Below are positions 13,301-26,400 of a stretch of DNA of 64,000 nucleotides, in pieces. The position numbers and the translations under genes are program-made. Position 1 is the first letter of the stretch. Every line of letters begins with the position of its first letter. The stretch is taken from the NCBI GenBank assembly GCA_040954595.2, contig CM082576.2, positions 3,570,760 to 3,634,759 on the forward strand, in the 5' to 3' direction. This DNA comes from Balanoglossus misakiensis. Its lineage: Eukaryota; Animalia; Hemichordata. The notes under the pieces are model-generated. The model was not told the origin of the DNA and did not search any database. It saw only the letters and a program-made list of their open reading frames with translations.

Positions 13301-14034
13301 CGGAGCGCAAGTATTTTCTCTTTGTCTGGGCGTATGCACAGTGAACAGGAATGACAATTAGAGAAAAAACTAAAAAGTACTAGAAAGTACTAAAAAGTAA
13401 CAAGCAAAAGAAGTGAACAATTATCACGAGAAATCTAGCTCAGCGTTGGCCCTATATGTTAAAGTAGAGAACGTTTCTCCAAGTTGAGCCGTCACGTTTG
13501 GTAGTTTGTAAAAATCCCGCTTGACTTGATCGGGCTAACGACACTGGGATGTTGGATATCATGTTCCTTTTGATTGACATTGGTCAAGTGTTCATTTCTG
13601 TCCACAAAATACCCATTAATTTGACTATCACCGACAGGGAAGAAATGAAAAAAATAAGTGGTCTAGTCACGTGACCACCACCAAATGTAGACTGACAATG
13701 TGACGCGTATAAAACTCCGAAACAATTACTTGGCACCACGTCCCAATCAGTACCCGTATAGACCGGTATAATACGATCAGCCAAAACGCGCCAAAATCCA
13801 CAATCTGATTACGACTCTCATATCGACTTCCTTTCTCCGCCAAATTGGCCAGAAAGATTGTCATTTAGTTCGGTTTCTGTGGAAACGGCCCGGAAAACAT
13901 CCAATGAGCAAACGACGTCCGAAATGTGGCAGTGGAGGGGGGGGGGGGCTGAAAGTTTTCTTCTCGTTTGCGTCGAAGGAAATATTCCTGACTTTGTTCG
14001 TATGTTTAAGCAGACTTGTCAACCGATTGACGAG

Positions 14035-14063
14035 TCATCATCACCATCATCATCATCATCATC
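14035..14063. repeat. (TCA)n microsatellite
   Basis: tcatcatcaccatcatcatcatcatcatca. Confidence 0.85.
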
Positions 14064-17000
14064 AGTAATTTAGATTCATGAAACATACTAGAAGCAGGAT
14101 CTCGAAGTAGAGATGTACATTTGTCCAGGCATGACAAACTTTGTGACATATGCCTAAACGATTTTACTCCAACCACGGCCACTCTGACCGTGCTCCAACC
14201 AATAGTTCTGGAAACCCGTCTTACCCGTCCGTCTGTCACTCTGTTACACACAAATGTCAACACTATGACAACAATCATTACCTTGTATCTGGTAAGCTTA
14301 CAAAGGTTAAACATTATAACACCTTGGTATCCAACTTTTCGAGAATCAGTACACTGCCCTAAAGTTAAAAAAGTAAATTAACCAAAACACTTAAACTTAA
14401 ATTTCTAGATATCGCTTACTTTGGCGAAAATAGAAAATGGCGAGATAGGGGAGTATCACTGGAAGGCAAAGCTTTTCTCGATGCCCCGCGATTAAACGAG
14501 GTTGTATCCACTCCTTCAAGTTGGAGATGAGTTCATTTCGGAACGATGTAGACAGCTCGGGTGAGAGAGAGCCATTATGGATGTTTAACTGAAAACAAAA
14601 CACTTTACTCAGAAAGGTCAAGAGATACCTCGACATTTGACACGCGTGTTTGTGGAGATAAATTGGCATTTAAAAAGCTCATTTCGAATTGGATTGCTAG
14701 AAAATGAGACTGGATATTGCTCGTTGGTGAGGTCTCCAAAAAGTCAAAAGCGGCATGATATGCTGTCTTTGCGACCAATTGAGATGACTGGCAATGCATA
14801 AATTTTCGAACTCTCTAAGTGACAGTTTCGCCTCAGCTTTTTTTCTGACGCGGTGACGTTCGCGGACAGAAAGTTTTGGCGCGCGATCGTGACAGCTGGG
14901 TAGAGAGAGAGAGAGAGAGACCTTGCAAAACGTGAGCGTGTGGAGAATTTTAAGTGTTGGACAACCAATCCGGGCGATCAACCGATGTGCAAGAAGTAGC
15001 TCGTCAAACCTAGAATCTGCGGAGTGGAGCGAAACAGACAAATCGAAATAATTGCGAAATACAAATGCATCAACTTTCACAGCCAAGCTTAAACTACAGC
15101 TCAGCGAATGAACAGTCACCATGCTTGGCTGATTAAAAAACGTTGATGCAAAAAACTCTGTTTTGTATGAAAACAGTTTATGAAAAGACCCTAAAAATAA
15201 AGTTTTAACCTACATTTAACATAAATGTTAGATCGTAAGATTTTTAAGGGAGGGTCTCGTTCCGTCTACGGCTGCGGGTATAGATCTAATGATACGACAC
15301 GCTTGCTAACAAGTATAACTGCTGCACTCTACATGATTACAAACAATGTGGTTCTTACTTTTGTTACTTTTTATCACATTTCCAATTAACTTTGATTACT
15401 TGATATAGTTCCTATCACTCCAACCACATTGGTACAAAACAACGTGATGAACCACAGTTGGACGGCGAACCACTTACATTTACAGGTATAACGTTCCATC
15501 CAAGGGACTCTGTAGATTGACAAGTTTTGGATAATTTGCCATGTTCGTAAAGTGACATACCGCCGTGTTGTCAAATAACTTAATTTCGCACACAAGGCCG
15601 TGTAGGAAAAGAGGCACCGGGCTGGTTCCAATGAGTCCGCGTCTCAGCGCCTGTAATTTGACAAAACTTGCGGCTGTTCTTTTTTCCAGCTGACCATGTA
15701 CGTATGGAAGAATATGATATTCATAACGGGCAATTATTTGCTTAATGATACTGTCGATAATACGTTGTCGATCTATTCACGCCATTGGTCTGGCTAAGTA
15801 GATTTCCAATCGGTCCCGTGTTAAGGAGAGAATTGGAACACGATTTAATCAGACAGTGAGTATAAAAAGCCAATTTGCCGGTCCTGCACATTTTCTCCTC
15901 CGCACGTAAATACGCGGAAACCGAATTTGCCTTTGTGCGCGACTGGGCCTCGCTGCCCGCCCCGAGCGATGTGAGTGAAATTTGACAAATACGCGTCTTA
16001 GCCGGCATACTCTCGGAAAGAAAAAAAAAGAAAACGCGTTATTAGATTTTGTCAGTGTCTTGATTAGATTTTCTTAGGTCAGTTTACAGACTGACAAAAA
16101 GGGTACCACAGCTAGCGTGCCCTTGGCAAGCAAGTTTTTCCTTGTCATGAAAACGATGACACAAGATAATAGGGCCTAGACATGTGTGATTCTTTAGAAA
16201 CCAGCGAGAAGTTGGTTGGAACGAGTCGGGAACTTTTTTGACCAGCCTCTGGCAGCGACCAACGCAATGAGACGGAGCGGCTACGATTTAATCCAATGCG
16301 GTATTTAAACTTGATAAAATAAAACTTGTATACAGTCACGAATTTAATTGGAAATATTGACGACGTGAAACTTGTATTTTAAGCTATGTTTTAAGCTATT
16401 TTTTCTTCACAATGTTTTAAATGATACATAGGATACGTTTGTAAGTAAATACTTTTCAAATTAATTAATTTATTAGGCAATCGAGTCACTCCATAATTTT
16501 ACAGACGAATTTGTATCCATTTCATGATCCGGAACACTTTGTATTATGTGGATGCTGATCGGCAACTTTATACCAAATAAATCAGCTGAACGTGTAAAAC
16601 ATGGTTAGGCGTAATCTGTTTCACTCGATGATCTTCTTGAGGTCTGATACAATTTTCTGTTCATTAAGATGTCACGCCGTCCTTTAAATACGCGGCGATG
16701 ACATCATCATCAAGTTGGTCTGTGGGCAGAGATGGGATTTCCGCGTCACGAGAACGCGTCAAACCCGACTCCGCTTCTTCCCTTGATGTGTATTACTGTG
16801 TGATCGCAAAAATATCCGAATCGTGTTATGGAGCCTAAATCAATCGCGTGCACCTCTAACTAGATAAAACGCACAGCAAACCGAAAAGCATGACAAGTTT
16901 CTCGTGGTTCAGACCCCAAACGCGCATGACTGTGTCGAAACTATGGCGGCCAAGAGATTTCGCGGTGTCGCCTGAGACCATGCAAGTTGTTGTCTTGTAC

Positions 17001-17069
17001 AAGTTACATCACCCAGTGATGACATTCGATAAAAAAACGAAGAGCGTTGACAATTCATCGTTTCATTCA

Positions 17070-17456
17070 GCTGAACCTGTATTAGTTAGAATCTTGGCGC
17101 ATGACTTTAAAATGTCAAACATGACCAAAATTCACAAAGTCAAGAATTTTTCATTTTTTGAGCGTGTATGAGTTAGAATCTATGCATACGACATGAAAAT
17201 GCAAAACATGACCAAAATTCACAAAGTCAAGAATTTGTCATTTTTTGAGCGTGTATGAGTTAGAATCCATGCATATGACATTAAAATGCCAAAATCACCA
17301 AAATTCACAAAATAAAGAATCTGTCATTTTTTGAGTGTGTATGAGTTAGAATCCATGCATATGACATGAAAATACCAAACATGACCAAAAATCACAAAGT
17401 CAAGAATTTGTCATTTTCTGAACGTGTATGAGTTAGAATCCATGCATATGACATTA
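17070..17456 (-). repeat. Short tandem array (~4.5 copies) of a diverged 87-bp unit ('unit A'), inverted relative to the main satellite
   Basis: AGTTAGAATC recurs at 17084, 17171, 17258, 17344 and 17431 (periods 87, 87, 86, 87). Its reverse complement (aaatgacaaattcttgactttgtgaatttt...cattttcatgtcatatgcatggattctaact) aligns with the main monomer (aaatgacaatttttcgactttccgaaattt...cattttttgacaaaatcatgggttatagct). Confidence 0.9.
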
Positions 17457-20400
17457 AAAATCATGGGTTATAACTCATGGAAATCATCCACAAATGACAA
17501 TTTTTCGACTTTCCGAAATTTCAAAATTTCTTCATTTTTTGACAAAATCATGGGTTATAGCTCATGAAAATCATCCACAAATGACAATTTTTCGACTTTC
17601 CGAAATTTCAAAATTTCTTCATTTTTTGACAAAATCATGGGTTATAGCTCATGAAAATCATCCACAAATGACAATTTTTCGACTTTCCGAAATTTCAAAA
17701 TTTCTTCATTTTTTGACAAAATCATGGGTTATAGCTCATGAAAATCATCCACAAATGACAATTTTTCGACTTTCCGAAAATTCAAAATTTCTTCATTTTT
17801 TGACAAAATCATGGGTTATAGCTCATGAAAATCATCCACAAATGACAATTTTTCGACTTTCCGAAATTTCAAAATTTCTTCATTTTTTGACAAAATCATG
17901 GGTTATAGCTCATGAAAATCATCCACAAATGACAATTTTTCGACTTTCCGAAATTTCAAAATTTCTTCATTTTTTGACAAAATCATGGGTTATAGCTCAT
18001 GAAAATCATCCACAAATGACAATTTTTCGACTTTCCGAAATTTCAAAATTTCTTCATTTTTTGACAAAATCATGGGTTATAGCTCATGAAAATCATCCAC
18101 AAATGACAATTTTTCGACTTTCCGAAATTTCAAAATTTCTTCATTTTTTGACAAAATCATGGGTTATAGCTCATGAAATTCATCCACAAATGACAATTTT
18201 TCGACTTTCCGAAATTTCAAAATTTCTTCATTTTTTGACAAAATCATGGGTTATAGCTCATGAAAATCATCCACAAATGACAATTTTTCGACTTTCCGAA
18301 AATTCAAAATTTCTTCATTTTTTGACAAAATCATGGGTTATAGCTCATGAAAATCATCCACAAATGACAATTTTTCGACTTTCCGAAAATTCAAAATTTC
18401 TTCATTTTTTGACAAAATCATGGGTTATAGCTCATGAAAATCATCCACAAATGACAATTTTTCGACTTTCCGAAAATTCAAAATTTCTTCATTTTTTGAC
18501 AAAATCATGGGTTATAGCTCATGAAAATCATCCACAAATGACAATTTTTCGACTTTCCGAAAATTGAAAATTTCTTCATTTTTTGACAAAATCATGGGTT
18601 ATAGCTCATGAAAATCATCCACAAATGACAATTTTTCGACTTTCCGAAAATTCAAAATTTCTTCATTTTTTGACAAAATCATGGGTTATAGCTCATGAAA
18701 ATCATCCACAAATGACAATTTTTCGACTTTCCGAAATTTCAAAATTTCTTCATTTTTTGACAAAATCATGGGTTATAGCTCATGAAAATCATCCACAAAT
18801 GACAATTTTTCGACTTTCCGAAATTTCAAAATTTCTTCATTTTTTGACAAAATCATGGGTTATAGCTCATGAAAATCATCCACAAATGACAATTTTTCGA
18901 CTTTCCGAAATTTCAAAATTTCTTCATTTTTTGACAAAATCATGGGTTATAGCTCATGAAAATCATCCACAAATGACAATTTTTCGACTTTCCGAAAATT
19001 CAAAATTTCTTCATTTTTTGACAAATTCATGGGTTATAGCTCATGAAAATCATCCACAAATGACAATTTTTCGACTTTCCGAAATTTCAAAATTTCTTCA
19101 TTTTTTGACAAAATCATGGGTTATAGCTCATGAAAATCATCCACAAATGACAATTTTTCGACTTTCCGAAATTTCAAAATTTCTTCATTTTTTGACAAAA
19201 TCATGGGTTATAGCTCATGAAAATCATCCACAAATGACAATTTTTCGACTTTCCGAAAATTCAAAATTTCTTCATTTTTTGACAAAATCATGGGTTATAG
19301 CTCATGAAAATCATCCACAAATGACAATTTTTCGACTTTCCGAAATTTCAAAATTTCTTCATTTTTTGACAAAATCATGGGTTATAGCTCATGAAAATCA
19401 TCCACAAATGACAATTTTTCGACTTTCCGAAATTTCAAAATTTCTTCATTTTTTGACAAAATCATGGGTTATAGCTCATGAAAATCATCCACAAATGACA
19501 ATTTTTCGACTTTCCGAAATTTCAAAATTTCTTCATTTTTTGACAAAATCATGGGTTATAGCTCATGAAAATCATCCACAAATGACAATTTTTCGACTTT
19601 CCGAAATTTCAAAATTTCTTCATTTTTTGACAAAATCATGGGTTATAGCTCATGAAATTCATCCACAAATGACAATTTTTCGACTTTCCGAAATTTCAAA
19701 ATTTCTTCATTTTTTGACAAAATCATGGGTTATAGCTCATGAAAATCATCCACAAATGACAATTTTTCGACTTTCCGAAAATTCAAAATTTCTTCATTTT
19801 TTGACAAAATCATGGGTTATAGCTCATGAAAATCATCCACAAATGACAATTTTTCGACTTTCCGAAAATTCAAAATTTCTTCATTTTTTGACAAAATCAT
19901 GGGTTATAGCTCATGAAAATCATCCACAAATGACAATTTTTCGACTTTCCGAAAATTCAAAATTTCTTCATTTTTTGACAAAATCATGGGTTATAGCTCA
20001 TGAAAATCATCCACAAATGACAATTTTTCGACTTTCCGAAAATTCAAAATTTCTTCATTTTTTGACAAAATCATGGGTTATAGCTCATGAAAATCATCCA
20101 CAAATGACAATTTTTCGACTTTCCGAAAATTCAAAATTTCTTCATTTTTTGACAAAATCATGGGTTATAGCTCATGAAAATCATCCACAAATGCCAATTT
20201 TTCGACTTTCCGAAAATTCAAAATTTCTTCATTTTTTGACAAAATCATGGGTTATAGCTCATGAAAATCATCCACAAATGACAATTTTTCGACTTTCCGA
20301 AATTTCAAAATTTCTTCATTTTTTGACAAAATCATGGGTTATAGCTCATGAAATTCATCCACAAATGACAATTTTTCGACTTTCCGAAATTTCAAAATTT

Positions 20401-23400
20401 CTTCATTTTTTGACAAAATCATGGGTTATAGCTCATGAAAATCATCCACAAATGACAATTTTTCGACTTTCCGAAAATTCAAAATTTCTTCATTTTTTGA
20501 CAAAATCATGGGTTATAGCTCATGAAAATCATCCACAAATGACAATTTTTCGACTTTCCGAAAATTCAAAATTTCTTCATTTTTTGACAAAATCATGGGT
20601 TATAGCTCATGAAAATCATCCACAAATGACAATTTTTCGACTTTCCGAAAATTCAAAATTTCTTCATTTTTTGACAAAATCATGGGTTATAGCTCATGAA
20701 AATCATCCACAAATGACAATTTTTCGACTTTCCGAAAATTGAAAATTTCTTCATTTTTTGACAAAATCATGGGTTATAGCTCATGAAAATCATCCACAAA
20801 TGACAATTTTTCGACTTTCCGAAAATTCAAAATTTCTTCATTTTTTGACAAAATCATGGGTTATAGCTCATGAAAATCATCCACAAATGACAATTTTTCG
20901 ACTTTCCGAAATTTCAAAATTTCTTCATTTTTTGACAAAATCATGGGTTATAGCTCATGAAAATCATCCACAAATGACAATTTTTCGACTTTCCGAAATT
21001 TCAAAATTTCTTCATTTTTTGACAAAATCATGGGTTATAGCTCATGAAAATCATCCACAAATGACAATTTTTCGACTTTCCGAAATTTCAAAATTTCTTC
21101 ATTTTTTGACAAAATCATGGGTTATAGCTCATGAAAATCATCCACAAATGACAATTTTTCGACTTTCCGAAAATTCAAAATTTCTTCATTTTTTGACAAA
21201 TTCATGGGTTATAGCTCATGAAAATCATCCACAAATGACAATTTTTCGACTTTCCGAAATTTCAAAATTTCTTCATTTTTTGACAAAATCATGGGTTATA
21301 GCTCATGAAAATCATCCACAAATGACAATTTTTCGACTTTCCGAAATTTCAAAATTTCTTCATTTTTTGACAAAATCATGGGTTATAGCTCATGAAAATC
21401 ATCCACAAATGACAATTTTTCGACTTTCCGAAAATTCAAAATTTCTTCATTTTTTGACAAAATCATGGGTTATAGCTCATGAAAATCATCCACAAATGAC
21501 AATTTTTCGACTTTCCGAAATTTCAAAATTTCTTCATTTTTTGACAAAATCATGGGTTATAGCTCATGAAAATCATCCACAAATGACAATTTTTCGACTT
21601 TCCGAAATTTCAAAATTTCTTCATTTTTTGACAAAATCATGGGTTATAGCTCATGAAAATCATCCACAAATGACAATTTTTCGACTTTCCGAAATTTCAA
21701 AATTTCTTCATTTTTTGACAAAATCATGGGTTATAGCTCATGAAAATCATCCACAAATGACAATTTTTCGACTTTCCGAAATTTCAAAATTTCTTCATTT
21801 TTTGACAAAATCATGGGTTATAGCTCATGAAATTCATCCACAAATGACAATTTTTCGACTTTCCGAAATTTCAAAATTTCTTCATTTTTTGACAAAATCA
21901 TGGGTTATAGCTCATGAAAATCATCCACAAATGACAATTTTTCGACTTTCCGAAAATTCAAAATTTCTTCATTTTTTGACAAAATCATGGGTTATAGCTC
22001 ATGAAAATCATCCACAAATGACAATTTTTCGACTTTCCGAAAATTCAAAATTTCTTCATTTTTTGACAAAATCATGGGTTATAGCTCATGAAAATCATCC
22101 ACAAATGACAATTTTTCGACTTTCCGAAAATTCAAAATTTCTTCATTTTTTGACAAAATCATGGGTTATAGCTCATGAAAATCATCCACAAATGACAATT
22201 TTTCGACTTTCCGAAAATTCAAAATTTCTTCATTTTTTGACAAAATCATGGGTTATAGCTCATGAAAATCATCCACAAATGACAATTTTTCGACTTTCCG
22301 AAAATTCAAAATTTCTTCATTTTTTGACAAAATCATGGGTTATAGCTCATGAAAATCATCCACAAATGACAATTTTTCGACTTTCCGAAAATTCAAAATT
22401 TCTTCATTTTTTGACAAAATCATGGGTTATAGCTCATGAAAATCATCCACAAATGACAATTTTTCGACTTTCCGAAATTTCAAAATTTCTTCATTTTTTG
22501 ACAAAATCATGGGTTATAGCTCATGAAAATCATCCACAAATGACAATTTTTCGACTTTCCGAAATTTCAAAATTTCTTCATTTTTTGACAAAATCATGGG
22601 TTATAGCTCATGAAAATCATCCACAAATGACAATTTTTCGACTTTCCGAAAATTCAAAATTTCTTCATTTTTTGACAAAATCATGGGTTATAGCTCATGA
22701 AAATCATCCACAAATGACAATTTTTCGACTTTCCGAAATTTCAAAATTTCTTCATTTTTTGACAAAATCATGGGTTATAGCTCATGAAAATCATCCACAA
22801 ATGACAATTTTTCGACTTTCCGAAATTTCAAAATTTCTTCATTTTTTGACAAAATCATGGGTTATAGCTCATGAAAATCATCCACAAATGACAATTTTTC
22901 GACTTTCCGAAATTTCAAAATATCTTCACGTTTTGGCAAAATCATGGGTTATAGCTCATGAAAATCATCCACAAATGACAATTTTTCGACTTTCCGAAAT
23001 TTCAAAATTTCTTCACTTTTTGACAAAATCATGGGTTATAGCTCATGAAAATCATCCACAAATGACAATTTTTCGACTTTCCGAAAATTCAAAATTTCTT
23101 CATTTTTTGACAAAATCATGGGTTATACCTCATGAAAATCATCCACAAATGACAATTTTTCGACTTTCCGAAAATTCAAAATTTCTTCATTTTTTGACAA
23201 AATCATGGGTTATAGCTCATGAAAATCATCCACAAATGACAATTTTTCGACTTTCCGAAAATTCAAAATTTCTTCATTTTTTGACAAAATCATGGGTTAT
23301 AGCTCATGAAAATCATCCACAAATGACAATTTTTCGACTTTCCGAAAATTCAAAATTTCTTCATTTTTTGACAAAATCATGGGTTATAGCTCATGAAAAT

Positions 23401-26400
23401 CATCCACAAATGACAATTTTTCGACTTTCCGAAATTTCAAAATTTCTTCATTTTTTGGCAAAATCATGGGTTATAGCTCATGAAAATCATCCACAAATGA
23501 CAATTTTTCGACTTTCCGAAATTTCAAAATTTCTTCATTTTTTGACAAAATCATGGGTTATAGCTCATGAAAATCATCCACAAATGACAATTTTTCGACT
23601 TTCCGAAAATTCAAAATTTCTTCATTTTTTGACAAAATCATGGGTTATAGCTCATGAAAATCATCCACAAATGACAATTTTTCGACTTTCCGAAATTTCA
23701 AAATTTCTTCATTTTTTGGCAAAATCATGGGTTATAGCTCATGAAAATCATCCACAAATGACAATTTTTCGACTTTCCGAAATTTCAAAATTTCTTCATT
23801 TTTTGGCAAAATCATGGGTTATAGCTCATGAAAATCATCCACAAATGACAATTTTTCGACTTTCCGAAATTTCAAAATTTCTTCATTTTTTGACAAAATC
23901 ATGGGTTATAGCTCATGAAAATCATCCACAAATGACAATTTTTCGACTTTCCGAAAATTCAAAATTTCTTCATTTTCTTGACAAAATCATGGGTTATAGC
24001 TCATGAAAATCATCCACAAATGACAATTTTTCGACTTTCCGAAAATTCAAAATTTCTTCATTTTTTGACAAAATCATGGGTTATAGCTCATGAAAATCAT
24101 CCACAAATGACAATTTTTCGACTTTCCAAAAATTCAAAATTTCTTCATTTTTTGACAAAATCATGGGTTATAGCTCATGAAAATCATCCACAAATGACAA
24201 TTTTTCGACTTTCCGAAAATTCAAAATTTCTTCATTTTTTGACAAAATCATGGGTTATAGCTCATGAAAATCATCCACAAATGACAATTTTTCGACTTTC
24301 CGAAAATTCAAAATTTCTTCATTTTTTGACAAAATCATGGGTTATAGCTCATGAAAATCATCCACAAATGACAATTTTTCGACTTTCCGAAATTTCAAAA
24401 TTTCTTCATTTTTTGACAAAATCATGGGTTATAGCTCATGAAAATCATCCACAAATGACAATTTTTCGACTTTCCGAAATTTCAAAATTTCTTCATTTTT
24501 TGGCAAAATCATGGGTTATAGCTCATGAAAATCATCCACAAATGACAATTTTTCGACTTTCCGAAATTTCAAAATTTCTTCATTTTTTGGCAAAATCATG
24601 GGTTATAGCTCATGAAAATCATCCACAAATGACAATTTTTCGACTTTCCGAAATTTCAAAATTTCTTCATTTTTTGGCAAAATCATGGGTTATAGCTCAT
24701 GAAAATCATCCACAAATGACAATTTTTCGACTTTCCGAAATTTCAAAATTTCTTCATTTTTTGGCAAAATCATGGGTTATAGCTCATGAAAATCATCCAC
24801 AAATGACAATTTTTCGACTTTCCGAAATTTCAAAATTTCTTCATTTTTTGACAAAATCATGGGTTATAGCTCATGAAAATCATCCACAAATGACAATTTT
24901 TCGACTTTCCGAAATTTCAAAATTTCTTCATTTTTTGACAAAATCATGGGTTATAGCTCATGAAAATCATCCACAAATGACAATTTTTCGACTTTCCGAA
25001 ATTTCAAAATTTCTTCATTTTTTGACAAAATCATGGGTTATAGCTCATGAAAATCATCCACAAATGACAATTTTTCGACTTTCCGAAATTTCAAAATTTC
25101 TTCATTTTTTGACAAAATCATGGGTTATAGCTCATGAAAATCATCCACAAATGACAATTTTTCGACTTTCCGAAATTTCAAAATTTCTTCATTTTTTGAC
25201 AAAATCATGGGTTATAGCTCATGAAAATCATCCACAAATGACAATTTTTCGACTTTCCGAAATTTCAAAATTTCTTCATTTTTTGACAAAATCATGGGTT
25301 ATAGCTCATGAAAATCATCCACAAATGACAATTTTTCGACTTTCCGAAATTTCAAATTTTCTTCATTTTTTGACAAAATCATGGGTTATAGCTCATGAAA
25401 ATCATCCACAAATGACAATTTTTCGACTTTCCGAAATTTCAAATTTTCTTCATTTTTTGACAAAATCATGGGTTATAGCTCATGAAAATCATCCACAAAT
25501 GACAATTTTTCGACTTTCCGAAATTTCAAAATTTCTTCATTTTTTGACAAAATCATGGGTTATAGCTCATGAAAATCATCCACAAATGACAATTTTTCGA
25601 CTTTCCGAAATTTCAAAATTACTTCATTTTTTTGAAAAAACCATGGGTTATAGCTCACGAAAATCACCCACAAATGGCAATTTTTCGACTTTGCGAAATA
25701 TCAAAATTTCTTCATTTTTTGACAAAATCATGGGTTATAGCTCACGAAAATCGCCCACAAATGACAATTTTTCGACTTTGCGAAATTTCAAAATTTCTTC
25801 ATTTTTTGACAAAATCATGGGTTATAGCTCACGAAAATCGCCCACAAATGACAATTTTTCGACTTTCCGAAATTTCAAAATTTCTTCATTTTTTGACAAA
25901 ATCATGGGTTATAGCTCACGAAAATCACCCACAAATGACAATTTTTCGACTTTCCGAAATTTCAAAATTTCTTCATTTTTTGACAAAATCATGGGTTATA
26001 GCTCACGAAAATCATCCACAAATGACAATTTTTCGACTTTCCGAAATTTCAAAATTTCTTCATTTTTTGACAAAATCATGGGTTATAGCTCATGAAAATC
26101 ACCCACAAATGACAATTTTTCGACTTTCCGAAATTTCAAAATTTCTTCATTTTTTGACAAAATCATGGGTTATAGCTCATGAAAATCATCCACAAATGAC
26201 AATTTTTCGACTTTCCGAAATTTCAAAATTTCTTCATTTTTTGACAAAATCATGGGTTATAGCTCATGAAAATCATCCACAAATGACAATTTTTCGACTT
26301 TCCGAAATTTCAAAATTTCTTCATTTTTTGACAAAATCATGGGTTATAGCTCATGAAAATCATCCACAAATGACAATTTTTCGACTTTCCGAAATTTCAA

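Noticed and set aside
10894-16339. Short ORFs in the 10.9-16.3 kb region (and likewise at 43-64 kb outside the Prop exons)
   Set aside because: No recognisable domains, no consistent exon chains and no transposase or reverse-transcriptase motifs seen.
17500-17520. CENP-B box in the monomer (TTTCGACTTTCCGAAA)
   Set aside because: It has TTCG but lacks the required A and CGGG positions. A 25-kb intergenic array is also not evidence of a centromere.
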